Assembly: GCA_039621445.1 (NCBI GenBank)
Contig: CP154954.1
Coordinates: 3,291,715 to 3,355,714 of the forward strand
DNA: 64,000 nt
Source of the DNA: Euglena gracilis
Lineage: Eukaryota
Reading direction: 5' to 3'
Positions 1 through 13,300 of the stretch are shown here, piece by piece. The notes under the pieces were generated by a model. That model saw nothing but the letters and a program-made list of their open reading frames with translations. It was not told the origin of the DNA and did not search any database. The translations under genes were made by a program, and so were the position numbers. How positions within the stretch are numbered: the first letter of the stretch is position 1; each line of letters starts with the position of its first letter.

Positions 1-1299
1 TGTGGATAATCCTAAACAAAAATTTGTCCTGAATTTTTCCACAGCAATTTTTCCTGTTTGAGTCCCCCCCCCCCTGGTATGGGGGACCCAGATCCAAATT
101 TCTGTTTTTTTTTGGCCCCACGGCGCTGGGAAACACGCGGTTTCAGGGAAACCGGCAGTGGATTCAAGGAGGATTCCCCCGAAATTGTTGGCATAGGGTT
201 AGGGTTGGGATTGCCCCGAAAACTGGTCCATTTACCCCCCCCCCCTATGCCCCTATGTCCAATGACCGACAACCTATGTCCTCTGACCGCGGGGGTGGTC
301 GTTGGACATAGGGTAGTGACCAAAAAGGTGCCCTCTGACCGGGGGGGTGGTCGTCGGACATGGGGTCACAAGAAAGTTGGTGGGCACCCGGGTCCCTACC
401 CACCCAAAAATGCCCAAATTTTCCCTTTCGGCGCTTTGCGCCGAAAATTTTGGGCAATTTTGACAAATTTTTGTCCAAAAAGTGTCAAAAATGGCATTTT
501 GGCCAAATTTTTGGCCAATTTTTGGGCAAAATTTTTCGTCCCGGTGCTTCACGCCGGGACCAAAAATTTGGTCAAACCTCCGAAAAGGTGTCCTCTGACC
601 GGGGGGGTCATTGGACATAGGGGGGTCGTTGGACATAGGGGGGGGGGGTAGGACGAAGGCCAGCAATTAGGTCCCATTTTCGGAAGATTTTTGAATACAT
701 GTCTTACCAAAAAGAACTCCCCTGAATTCGGTCCACTGGCTCCCATATGCGGCCTGACGTCCGCCTAAATTCCTAAAAATGTACATCCTTTGGGTATCTG
801 GTTGGAACCCTAGACCTAACACTAGACCCAACTTTCCCCGAAGGTCGGACACGGGTCCCTCCACACGACCCCCCCCCCCCGTTGATCACTCTGCTTGCCC
901 CCCCCGGGGGGGGGGGCAAATAGACCGAGGCTGCCATGTATTTGCATAATTATATACACACAGACTTACATATGTACACAGTTGCCCATACAACCACCTC
1001 CTTTAATACTCCTAAAATGATAACAGGGGAATGCCATAACTCGGATTTTTGCATCGAAGAAATGATTATCTTTGAAAAACCTGAAAAGTATCATTGCCAA
1101 CCACGCGACTTTTCTGTTTGTATCTCCCTTCGATGACGGTGGGATTAATGAATCATTTCTCACCCCCCCCAAAAAAAATTCAAAATGCAGCAGATTCAGT
1201 GGGGAAAGCCACACCATTCACCGTCCGTGCTTCGCATGGGCAGGCTTGAAGGGGGGACCATTCAGGGACTGGTCCGCCGGTTTGTTCCCAGCCTTGGTG

Positions 1300-1395
1300 G
1301 GGACACGCAACAGCAGGCCGTCCGCCACGCTGACCCGCTGCGCCGGGGAGTACCGCCGCTCCTTGGGCGGAGGCAATGAGTGTCCGCCGATCGCA
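1300..1395 (-). CDS. AC gene 1 probable exon: AIGGHSLPPPKERRYSPAQRVSVADGLLLRV (boundaries approximate)
   Basis: GC3-rich frame; AAGCCG/CGGCTT stem gives an in-frame join to the previous exon. Confidence 0.55.
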
Positions 1396-4300
1396 CGCAT
1401 TAAGCCGCATTCCATCAAACAAAAAAAAAGTTTGCGAAACGAAACCAGAGAACAGCAGCAGAATAAGCACCTGCCTAACACCCCCCTCCCCGAGGAAGCT
1501 GTTAACTCGACAGGTCGGCCAGTGCCAGGACCCTGGAAACTTCCTCTCGTGACTGGTTGGCCACTCCCACCTTCTGCGACAGTTTCCCGGGAGGGGGAGG
1601 GGTGGGCACCCTGAACATCGGCATTGCAACTTCAGAGGTTGGTCACTGATCTGACTTGGGAATGTGCACTGGATGAACAAAAACGTTGGACCCCATGCAG
1701 GTTGAGAGAGTAGTCCGGAGTTCAAATTGGGGGACCACAAGCCAGACTTGACACCGATTGGCCGGCTTCACAGGCTCCCTCTGCATGTCGACGCCAACTG
1801 TTCCAGGAAGGTCTGCGGCCTTGGGGGTCCGTGTCTCGACGCCTCCCGCCTCGCACAGCACCTCGTACACCGGAAGCACCTCTCTGGCAGGGCTGAGCAA
1901 ACGAACGCCTTTGTAGCACGACCCAGAAAACCAACTGCGCCAACTCCCCCTCCCTCACCATCCAAAGTTTGTGTGGTTTAGAATTTTATTGACCAACAGG
2001 GGAGGGGGGAGGGGGTTACTTCCACACTTCCAAAAGCCAGTCAGTCACTTCTTTTTTTATTGAAAAACCAGTCAGCTTTAAACCCCAAATACACCCCAGC
2101 CCTTTTCTGACCCACTTTCGCTCATTTTTGGCCTGTTTTGCATCTCTGAAAGCCAAAAAAAAATCACCATCCAGCCACCCGAAGGAAAGCTGAAAAACAT
2201 AATAAAAGATGGGAAAAAAACTCGTCCATACGGGAGAACCACTGGTCCCTGGGTGGCCTTGCCAGGCACCGTGACCTTCGCCAGCCTCCGGAAATGGAAG
2301 TCGTGCTGGCACGCCTCGTACGTGGAGTGGGAGACGCAGATGAACGTCCTCGGCAGGGCGTTTTCTTCTTTAAAAAAAAAAGATGACAATAATGAAGTCC
2401 TTTCCAAGCTCCTATGACAGATTCCAAATTTTAGCCCGCGGTCGGCTGCGGTCGGCCGCGGTCGGCTGCGGTCGGCTGCGGTCGGCAGCGGTCGGCAAAG
2501 TAGTTGGCTGTAGGTGGGGGGCAGGCCAACAAAAAATGAGCATATATCACAACCACACAATCCACTGTTGCCGACTTTTGGCCACTTTTCGCTGCTTTTG
2601 GCCAGTTTTTGACGCTTTTGGACTGTTTTTGGCCACTGTTGCCGACCTTTGGTCGATTTTTGCTGCCTTTGCCCATTATGTCCTGCCTTTTGCTTTCTTT
2701 TGGTCACTTTTGTTGCTTTTGCCCACTTTTTGCTGGGCTTTGGCTGCTTTTGGCCAGCTTTTGCTTTGCTTTGACCTCTTTTGACCACTTTTGGCCTCTT
2801 TAACCCACTTTTGACCACTTTTCTCTGCTGTTGGCCATTTTTACCCACTTCTGGCCACTTTAAACGTCTTTTTGTTGCTTTTGACATGAAGAGCAGTCAA
2901 ACGTGCCCTAAAAATGGCCTAAAAGTGGCAAAAAATGGTTAAAATGGCCAAAAGTTCCAAAAGCAGGCAAAAATAACAAAAAAAATGCCCAAAGTGGTCC
3001 AAAAAAGCCAAAAAAAATGGCCAAAAGAAAAATCTCAACATCTGCAATAAAAATGAGCCTAATTCCTCATTCTCACTGAAAAATTGACATCAATTAGCAA
3101 AAAAATTGCGCGGTCGACTGCGGTCGGCTGCGGTCGGCTGCGGTCGGCAACCCACCTATGACAGTCCTGAAACCCGCGGTCGGCCGCGGTTGGCTGCGGT
3201 CGGCTGCGGTCGGCTGCGGTCGGCATAGGTGCCTGGTTCTTTCCAAAAAAAATACATGGAGACTGGTGAAAATGGATTTTGGTGTGTGATTCCCCGCTGG
3301 GGATACTCGCCACATATGTCGCCACACAAAGTTTCGGACAACTTACAAGACTGTGTCCCAAAAAGGGGGTACCGCAGAGCCCCTACCCCCCCCCCCTTTG
3401 TCCAGGCCAATTTTTGGGCAAAATTTTTGGTCCCGGCGCTTCACGCCAGGACCAAAAATTTGGTCAAACCTCCGAAAAGGTGTCCTCTGACCGGTGGGGG
3501 GGGGGGGTGGTCATTGGACATAGGGGGGGGGGTAGTAGTGGCTCTGCGGTAAAGCGCAAAATGAGACTGGCTATGCTCCCATTCAGGCCGACCGGGGGGG
3601 AGGGGGGGGGGTGCTATATGGTGCCTGCCCCTGGCAGGCACACCCTCCGGGCGGTCCAGGGGGCCCATATATTTTTCATTGAAAATTACCTTTTCCGGGC
3701 CCTTCGGCGCCGGGGTCGGAGGGGGTGCCTGCTATGGGCAGGCACCCCCAAAAAACTCGACCCCCCCCCCCCCCCGGGGGGGGCGGGTGGGGTGCCTGCC
3801 CCTAGCACCCCCCCCCCCCCGGTGGGGTGGGCACCCGACTGAGCAAAAGCCTGCTCCCATAACCAGCCTCCTTTCATTCACATATTCACACGAGCACGGT
3901 CCTGGGATACCCATAATGCAACAATGTGCGATTGACAGGAAATTGTCTTGTGCAGAAACAAATTTTTCATTGGGTTGTTTTTCCAACTGCATTTCCTACT
4001 GTCTGGCAAGGAGAGGTAAGGTACGACATGGGACAAGTCTTTGAAGAGGCTCCAGCTGGAAGCACCCTGGCCCCAAACTTTTTATTGAGTGCCTCCAGGC
4101 GAGAGGACAGGTTGGGAGGCAGCGCCCTTCCTCAGGTAAGGAACATGCAATTTTTTACCGACCCCCGGGGGGTCACTCCACTCTTTGAAAAACCAGCCAG
4201 TCACTTTTTTCGGGAAACCAGTCAGTCACCACCCCCCTGGGGGGGGGGGGTCGACCACCCTGGAATCCAAAGGAAATATGACCAAAAACATGGAAAAAAA

Positions 4301-7300
4301 AGCCAAACACTTTGTCCGGCACCTTCGGCGCCGGGTCACTTTAGTGGTTTTTGCCGACCCCCCCCCCCCCGGGGGAGGGGGGTCCAGGCCAAAAACCAGT
4401 CCGTCACTCTGAAAAACCAGCCACCCACCCAGGGGGGGGGGGGGTCGGCCAGTGACCAAGTGATTCCATGGTAAGGAACCTTCTTCAGGCTGGAAGCCCT
4501 CACCACCACATGCCAGCATGCTGTTTTTCCCAACCAAGCCAGCACGCAGGCCTTGCCCGTTTATGTTACATCCTGGTGAGAAAGGACGGCAGAACCAACA
4601 GCGACACATAACGCTTAAATGATGAGTGATGATGTAGCAAAAGACAATGGCAGAATTTCAAAATTACAGCTCCTTTCAACACCTGAGTTTTGTTTGGTTG
4701 ATTGAATTTAAATTATTAATTAATTGAATTTTACGATCAAAAACCATACCCCCCCCCCCCGGGCAGTTCCAAGGCACAAATTCACCAGCACAAGGGAAAG
4801 TTAAAATTACAGGGATGGCATTCAATAGCACAGAGGGAACAACTGCCAACAAGGAAAAAAAATGCAGAATCAATGATGACGTTTGACCACTTGCAACACA
4901 TATTGAGAACTCTGAAGCCCAAATACATGCACTGTTTCCAACAAGTCCCCTCCCCGTACCCACCGATTCCTACAACCCTCGACCAGGGGTCACACCCCCC
5001 CCTGACCTGCAACCCCCTACTGGGGGGTGGTCGGTATTTAGTGGGGCAAAGGGTGGGTACAGCCACAAACAAAATCTCAAAAAATCTCCAACAAATAATC
5101 ATGGGTTTTTTTCCATTCTGACCCAGACTCAATTACATGGTTTATGGAGGGGGAGACGATTCTCGATTGCCAGATGGATTCAAATTGGCCATTTGCCACT
5201 ATTATTTTGGCTGCGGAGGTCACCGTCACACAGCGGGTGAGCAGTGGGCCAAGCGGGAGGGGGCTGGGCCACCCCGTCGCCCAGGCAGGTGTAGCTGACG
5301 CGGTAGCTGCAGCCACTCCCCAGGGCCGGAGCTGCTGGCCAGACGAGCGGGAAACAGTCCCAATGCAAACCGCGATTGGCGGCAAGAGTGGTATCCTGTC
5401 AGCTCGGGACAATCCCGTGATTGCATCCGCGGGTTGATCCTTGCATCTGCTCCGGGTTTCGGCAAAACTGTCATGTTTTTGAGGAACGCTCATGTCACTG
5501 CTCCCCGACAGCGGGTCCTCGGTGTCAGGGTCTCAACGTTCCGGCCAATCAGGCTGTTGTCAGGTTGCAATCCTGGGGGAGGCTGACTCTAGGGAGGTCC
5601 GGGGGGAGCATAATTAGAGGAACACGAACACCTGAGGCTCGCTCATGGGGTAGCAAGGGTGATGCCATTCCACGATACAACCATCGATGGAAATGGGGGT
5701 GGTTTGACAAACCGGGAATGGGCACAGAGGGCACCGAAGACAGGCACGCGACCGGCCCTGGCCGAAGTTGCCCACGAGGCACTCCCCGGTGTGGATGCCC
5801 GCGCGGAACTTCAGCACCGGCAGCCCGCGGTCCTTCCACGACCGGTGCAGGTCCATGACGCAAGCGGCAGGGGCCGGCAAAACGGGCAAACAGAAATGGG
5901 TCGGCGGGTGGGGGGGGCGTTTGTTCCGGAGATGGGTTTCTGGGCCAGCTTCTGGGCCCAGGGGTTTTTTTAAGACCGGGGGGGGGGGAGGGGGTCCCGG
6001 GGGACCCACAAAAAAAAATGTCCGAAAAATCGCGAAAAGTGCTAAAAATAGAATTTTTTCGGTGTGTGCGGCGCCGAAAAGTATATCCCACCCCCCTCCG
6101 GGGGGGACCCCCCGGGGGGGGGGCTCGGCCAGACCCACCCACCCTACCCCCCCCCTCCCCCCCGGGGGTCCAAACTTAAAAAAATCCCTGTCTGGGCCAC
6201 ACCGGGGGGCCACAACGTGACTGGGGTAGACCCCGCACCACCGTGCACCGCGCACCACACTGCACACCTGCCTTCCGCCACACCCCGCACGTGCGTTGCC
6301 TTCGCGGCACAGCCCCTGGGCGTCCTGCATCGCCAACGACGCCGCCACGGCGTCCCTCTCGTGGCTGTGGAGCCGGTCCGGTGCGTTCCACATCGCCATG
6401 GCACAGCACGGCGGTGGAGTCTGGCATGCCCCTCGGGAAACTGTCACCTGACAGGACCGGGAAAATGTCCGGGGTTGGGTCTTGAAGTTTGCCGGGACCA
6501 AGGACCCTTGGTCCTCAACTTCCTCCAAATTCCTGTCATGGACCAGGGACCCTGACAGGTTTTTGGCGTGACAATCTCCCTGGGGGTACGTGGCTGTGGA
6601 AGTGAACGCCACTGCACTGTGGCTGTTTGCTTCGTGCCATTCATCCCTTCTTCCGGCCTGGCGTGGTTTTGGCCTCTGGCCATTTTTGTCTGTGAACGTG
6701 GCGGTGACACGTACACAGGGCCGGGGGTCACACAGGCTGACAGGATCGTGAATGGATGGTCCGGTACAAAGAAGCATACGAGTGTTGTTGGCAAACGAAT
6801 AAAATGAATGTCGATAATTATGGAAATTGAGGGATCACTGTAAACATGAAATACATAACATTTAATGGATGGATCCCCTGAACAGACGCAACTTCAAAAC
6901 CACCCACTGCAACGCTGCCGATGCAGTCGCCAATGAACTTGTCAATGGTGCCGTTGCGTCCTACGATGTTGGACAGCTGAGTCCAGCCCGGAGAGGAAAG
7001 GAATGCCTCCGAAAGGTGAGCAGAAAAAAAGGCATCACACAATTTGTTACCAAACTCCCAGCAGGAGGCGCAAAATGAGTTGGCACCGAAAGTAGAGGAG
7101 AAAGGTGGCCCAGGGGGTTGTGACCATAGATTCACTTAGTGACCCAGGGGGGGGGGGCACCTTTTCTCGGCCCTGAACCCACAAAACCAATTTTTTCGAA
7201 AACCCACTCACCCACGACCCCCCCCCCGTGCTGACTGGGTGGTTTTTCTGGAGGTGAACGATTGTTTTTTTAGTGGTTTCATAACCTTTGACCAACCCCT

Positions 7301-10300
7301 GGAAATGGGGGGCATTTTTTTTCAACCCAGCATATTGCCATTTTAAAAAAAATTCGAGCAGCTCCGTGGCGGCATTGGGGACCCAGGGCACTGCACATGG
7401 CCTCGAAGTACTCCGTGCACACGGAAACCAGAACGGCGGGGAACTCGTTCTCACAGATGGTGGAGAAGCCCTCGATGTCCGCAAACATGATGGTCAGCAT
7501 CCTGGGGGCAGGCTGCCTCCCTTCTGCGCGGTTTTGAGTGTTACATGTCAATAGTTAAATCATTGAAACTGTTTGCGGACGGTGAAACACAAAATTGCAC
7601 ACACAAAAAAAATCACAAATTACAAGTGAAGAGTTGTTTCAAATAACTGACGTCATCCAAATTATATACATTATGAAAAAATAATAATTCTCAGCAGTAC
7701 ACTCATACTACAAAAGAAAATACCCTGTTTTTTTAGGTGAGTAACACCAGCCAGTTAAAGCAATTTTCCCTCCTGGATAATTTAGATTATTGCTCCCGCA
7801 CCACCATATTGGTCGCAGTTGAGGAGGATGCTGGACACTGGGTGAGCACGTTTGTTGGAGTGCAGGTTTCTTAACTGACTTGGGTGAACACTTTCTTTGC
7901 AGTCTTTGCGGAGCGAACTACACGTTGTGGGATTCATGATACATATGCGTATGCGACGAAATTATGTGCATACTGTCCCCCGTCTAAGGACCAGAAAAGA
8001 TGGGTACCCCCCACCCACTTGCCCGTGCGCACATTTGCTTACATGGTGAAGTCTGAAATGCAACAGTAATTAGATTGATAGGGTATACAATGAGTGTGTG
8101 GTACGTCGGTGGAACAGCCCACAGTGGGAAACCCTGTGCTCCACTCCTGCTGTTTGGTGGCTGGCCTGCGTGGGATGCATCTCATCGTTTGCCTTCATTT
8201 GGCCAGCGATCGAAGCCAGCCCCTGGACGACGACTTGGACTCGGTTCAATTTCCAGCACTCTCCTTACCAGGTCCGGGGGTGGTCCTTATTGAGGGCAGG
8301 CTGAACTTGACAACCCCAGGGGGGGAGGGCGGTCTCCCCAGGGTGCCCCGGGCTGCCTGCGCAGGCAGCCAATACCCCCCCCCTGGGGTCGTGCCTGCCT
8401 GGTCAAAAATGCCCAAAAATGGGCTTTCCTGGGCTTCCGGCACAAGGAGTGCCTTGCCTGAGTGCCCAGAAGGCATAAGGACCCCGAGGGGGTAGACCAG
8501 CTAGCTTTTACACCAGACACCAGGAAAAGCCACTACCTATCCCCCCCCCTGGGAACTGTCACCTGACAACTTTCTGTCATGACCCGTTGGCCGGTACTAA
8601 GGACCCTCACAGTTTCCTGGGCGGGATCCTGACAGTTCCCCCGGTAGGGCATTTCAGGGGAAAAGCATTGAAAAAAATGACCCTGACAGGTTGGCCGGTA
8701 CCGGGGACCCTGCCAACTTCCTATCATGACAAGTTGGCTGGTAACGAGGACCTTTGGGGGTCAATAAATTTAATAGCGCTTCATGCCGGTCAATGGAAAA
8801 AAGTTCAATGCCTTGGATCCAGGGACACTGGGGTTTCCACTGGCCAAATTTGGAACAGCTGCAGTCGAGCCGAACCCCTCTCCCCGGGTACTTCCAACCA
8901 TTATGCCAGAATCAGCGAACCAGAACAGAACAGAACAGCGATCCAAAAACTGGTGCCCAAAGCAATTTTAGTCATGTACCCCTCCAGAGGTGGAATCTGG
9001 GTGCTTTGGAGTGCCTGACCAGGATGGCTCCGGGGGGGGGGGGGGGTTGGCCTTGCCTTAGAAATCAGCTAGATTGGAGGGGGGGCTGTCCAGGAAAAGA
9101 TGGGAAGCCTTGAGGGGGGGGGGGGTCGGACCCCTCCCCTCCTACCTCGAAACTCACATGGACCTGGAAAACCTTCGGTTTCATGGACGGGCAAAGGGCA
9201 GGAAATTGGCCAAAATTGTTCAAAAACCCTCTGATTTTTCTTTGAAAATGAATGCAAAAATGCTCATTTTTGAAATTTGAATGTGTTTGAATTTCAAAGA
9301 GTGTGGGCCAAGAGACACCCCAGCAAAGAGAGGCAATTTTCCTGTTTTACACTTAGCGACTTTGGCTGGGTCCAGCCAGCATCTTCTATCCAGCCAGCAA
9401 GGACCACAAAAGTACCCAAATTAACGCCCATTGCTGGCCAATTAACTTTCAACCAAACAAGATGGAAAGAAAGGTAATTCTTCTGATGACAAGGCGTGTG
9501 TACGCCTGTGTGCACATATGTTATGTGCTGTGTGTGTTTTGTGTGTGTGTGTGTGTGTGCGTGTGGGTCGGTGGGTGGGTGGGGGGGGAGGGGGTGGGTG
9601 TAGTGTGTGCCAGAACCAAGGACCCTGTCATTTTCCCAGGCGGGGCTCCAACAGGTTCTCAGGCACATGACAATTTCCTCGGGGGGGGGGGGGTTGTCCT
9701 GTGTTGTTGGCGTGCAACGTGCTCTGCGACAGTTCAGAGACCCACAGAGCGCATGCTTTGCTGCAACAGGTCTATCTGCGATACTGCACTTCAACCGGGG
9801 GGGTGGGGGGCAGAAGAAAAGGAGAAAAGAGAAATTCAACAACTGACGTGGCACATCTCCCAATTTGTAACCCCGGGCTGCCCAGCACCTTCACCACGCC
9901 GTGCGGCACGAACTTCCCGAACGCCTGCAGGCCGCGCTCCATCTGGACGAAGGAGGCCTGGAAGCGGTGCAGCTCCCGGAACACGGTGGGCGGCGGGGCG
10001 GTGGTCGCGAACTGCAGCTGCGCGATGCGGTCCATCGGGGGCAGGGCCCGCCCCGTTGGCCTGATCAGCACCACCAATGAAACCGTGGAAACAGAAGCAA
10101 AAGGCAGACGCTCTGGCCTGCCCAGGGCGGCGGTCATTAAGCGAACGAAACAAAGAATGGAAATAAACAATCTGCTGGCCCAGGGCACTCAACTGAAAAC
10201 CCACCGGGAAAATGGGCAAAAAGGCTTTCTGTGAAGCTTCTGCTGAAAAAAACGAAAAAATGCGCAAAAAATGCGAAAAAATGCGCAAAAATGCGCATTT

Positions 10301-13300
10301 TTGGAAAATTTGAAAAAATGCGCAAAAAATGCGCAAAAATGCGAAAAAATGCGAAAAAATGCGAAAAAAATGCGAAACGCATTTCCCCCCCCCTGCTTCT
10401 TGGCGAATACAGGTTGACGCCGGGGGAAAAAAAAAGGTTTCTGGCATCCTTGGGCCATCGCCAAACCAGCCAAAAGATGAAAAACTGTGATTATCGGCTT
10501 TTTAAGTTTTGACCTCTTTCCGACCTCGGTCCGGCCCTTGGCCAGCCCTTTGGCCGAAGGGTGCTCCTTAAGGGGTCGTCCTGAACATGATAAAAATCCA
10601 GATAAAAACAAATAAGTAATAATCTTAAGGGTTGTCCCTTGAGGACCGCCCTGGGGCTGCCTGAGGCTACCTGTGGTGACCTCTGGCATCTCAGGAATGA
10701 CAGTCTGAGGGGGGGACCACTTCATGAACCGGTGTGGGGACAGGCCCTGCTTCCCCGTGCGAGCATGTAGAGCCGCGTCGCCAGCCACAACCCTACGCTG
10801 AGGGGAAGCAGGACGGCAACGGCGCTCACCACTCCGAGGATGACGAACGGCGGCGGAGGGTCGACCACGTTCACCCACACCCCTGTGCCCCGCACGGTGA
10901 ATAGCTCTTCGGGGGGGAAATTGAACGAGGTGCCCCCGGAGAAATGCTGCCCAGAAATAGAGATGGAAACACGAAATGCAACACGTGCTGGAAACACTTG
11001 AAACCCCTGTGAACAATCACAAACCAAATGTTGAAACACAGCAGTTCAGATACCTAACCACCTCTGACCAACTAGCTTCCCCGCTGTCCAAGAAACTGCA
11101 ACGCAATGTGCTGTTGGCACATGAGGTGTGTCAACGTCCTTAACGTCAACGTCTTGAGGGTTACTCAAAATATGTCATCATTCTGCTTGAACCCGGACCA
11201 AAACTCCATGGTCCAAACACCCCAGCTGTGACCCCCTTCTTGTCCGACACAGACTGGTCCACGTAGGCGTTGCTGGCGTCGATGCTGCCCATCACCGACG
11301 CCCGGCACTTCAGCATCAGCACCGTGCACTGCAGGGTGCGGCCGGGCCGGGGCCGGAAATGGAAACCATCTGATGGCATAAAACCCCCCAATTAAAAGCC
11401 CCCCCCCAAAAAACAACCCCCCCCAAATAGAAGCCCCCCCCCCCCCGGGTTTCCCACCAAAAAACCAAACAACAGCCCCCCCCCCACCCCCCGACGAAGC
11501 CGGCCGACAAAGTTGACGAAAAATTTTCCGAAAAATAGTGAAAAACTCGAAAAATCTCCACAAAAACAGGTCGACATCGGGAACAAAACTGATATCTGGT
11601 GTAATTGAAACATGGCCTATCCACACAAAACTCGAAAAAAAGCGGCTTGCAAATTGTTAACTTTGGACCCCATTCGATCCCCGGATCGGCCACCGGCCGA
11701 ATGTTTTTCCTTTAGTCAAAGGGTACCCAGTCAGAAGCCCTCCCCCCAGGTTTTCCGCAGAGTGACCAAACCTGGGGGGCTTCTAATTGGCGGGTTTCAC
11801 TTGGCAGCAATCATGCAAAATGAAATTTAGATGGAGAGCACAAGGCAGAAAATACATCTTTGCAGATTCAGCCGGGATTCAATCAGTGGGTCTTTTTTGG
11901 TGGGGGTCCAACTTTCGCCGGCGACGAGTCAAGAAATTGAACCGCCAGAAGCCACCCCTACACCCCTCTCCAGGCAACCAATTTCCGCTTTGCTGGTGTT
12001 TTGAGTGGGTTGGACAGTAAACGAGACATTGCCCCCTTGAGATTTTGTGGGTATTTTTTGAGGAAGAGTGTCCGGTTCGTTTTGCCCAATTGCTGTCTAC
12101 ATGTTCATAGACATGCATACACTTGATATTATATGTATGTGTGCATACATACTTATATGGTACAACTGTCTCCTGACAGGTCAACAAATGCCGACCCTGA
12201 CAAATTCTGAAAATGACTGGTCGACCATTTCCAACAGACTCCGAGCATACAATTTTTTACTGACCCCCGGGGGGGGGGAGGGGGGTCACTCCACCCTTTT
12301 AAAAACCAGTCAGTCACTCATTTTCAAAAAACCAGCCAGTCACTACCCCCCCGGGGGGGGGGGGGTCGGCCACTCAGAAAAACGGCCACTTTCCCGTCAC
12401 TTTAGGCCATTTTAGGCCAAAAAAAAATATTCCGGCGCCTTCGGCGCCGGGGTCACTCAAGCCACTTTTGCCCACTCCTGGCCGACCCCCTTAGATGCAC
12501 TTTGGCTTCTGTCTGGCCGACCCCCCGGGGGGGGGGGGGGGAGGGGGTCCGGGCCAAAAACCAGTCAGTCACTCTGAAAAAAACCAGTCACCAACCCCCC
12601 CCCCCGGGGGGATCGGTCAGTGCTTAAACAATTGCCTGATTCCGAGGCATGACAATTTGATCGGGGAGATGGATATGAAAACCCCTCCAAAAATAAGACC
12701 ACGGTCACTCAAGCCACTTTTGCCCACTCCTGGCCGACCCCCTTAGATGCACTTTGGCTTCTGTCTGGCCGACCCCCCCGGGGGGGGGAGGGGGTCCGGG
12801 CCAAAAACCAGTCAGTCACTCTGAAAAAAACCAGTCACCAACCCCCCCCCCCCCCGGGGGGTCGGTCAGTGCTTAAACAATTGCCTGATTCCGAGGCATG
12901 ACAATTTGATCGGGGAGATGGATATGAAAACCCCTCCAAAAATAAGACCACGTTCCAATAAACCCCCCCCGCTCCCAAAAAAATATTCCCTGGGTCGATT
13001 GGCAAAAACCCAAAAATAAGACCCTTCCCAACGTTAAAAGCAAAGAGCTGGAGACAGAGAAAACGTCCCTGGAAAAAAAATACCAAAAACCTGGAGTATG
13101 GGCACAAAAATGATGAAAATTGCCCGGGCCCGGAAAATAACAATACGCCCCCTGGAGGTTTCCAGCAACGGATGCAAAAATGAGCCCCGGGCCTTTTGGG
13201 GGGGGGGGGGGGGCATTGAAATACAGGACTTTGGAGGCGTCAGAAATTTTGGATAATGAGATGTTTGGCTCTCAGTTGAAGCCCGATATCCTTCATTATA

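Noticed and set aside
190-215. TAGGGTTAGGGTT as a chromosome end
   Set aside because: Too short, internal and degenerate.
2436-2496. (GCGGTCGGCT)n arrays, also at about 3110, 58085 and 59720, as possible CRISPR repeats
   Set aside because: Contiguous 10-mers with no spacers; they are subterminal repeats of a TIR element in a eukaryotic context.
5614-6777. 387-aa ORF as a single gene
   Set aside because: It reads through two real exons plus intron and MITE sequence.
10850-10945. In-frame extension SGGTSFNFPPEELFTV... upstream of the second TM exon
   Set aside because: The join KKGVT|FVILG is in frame without it; probably intronic, though not excluded.
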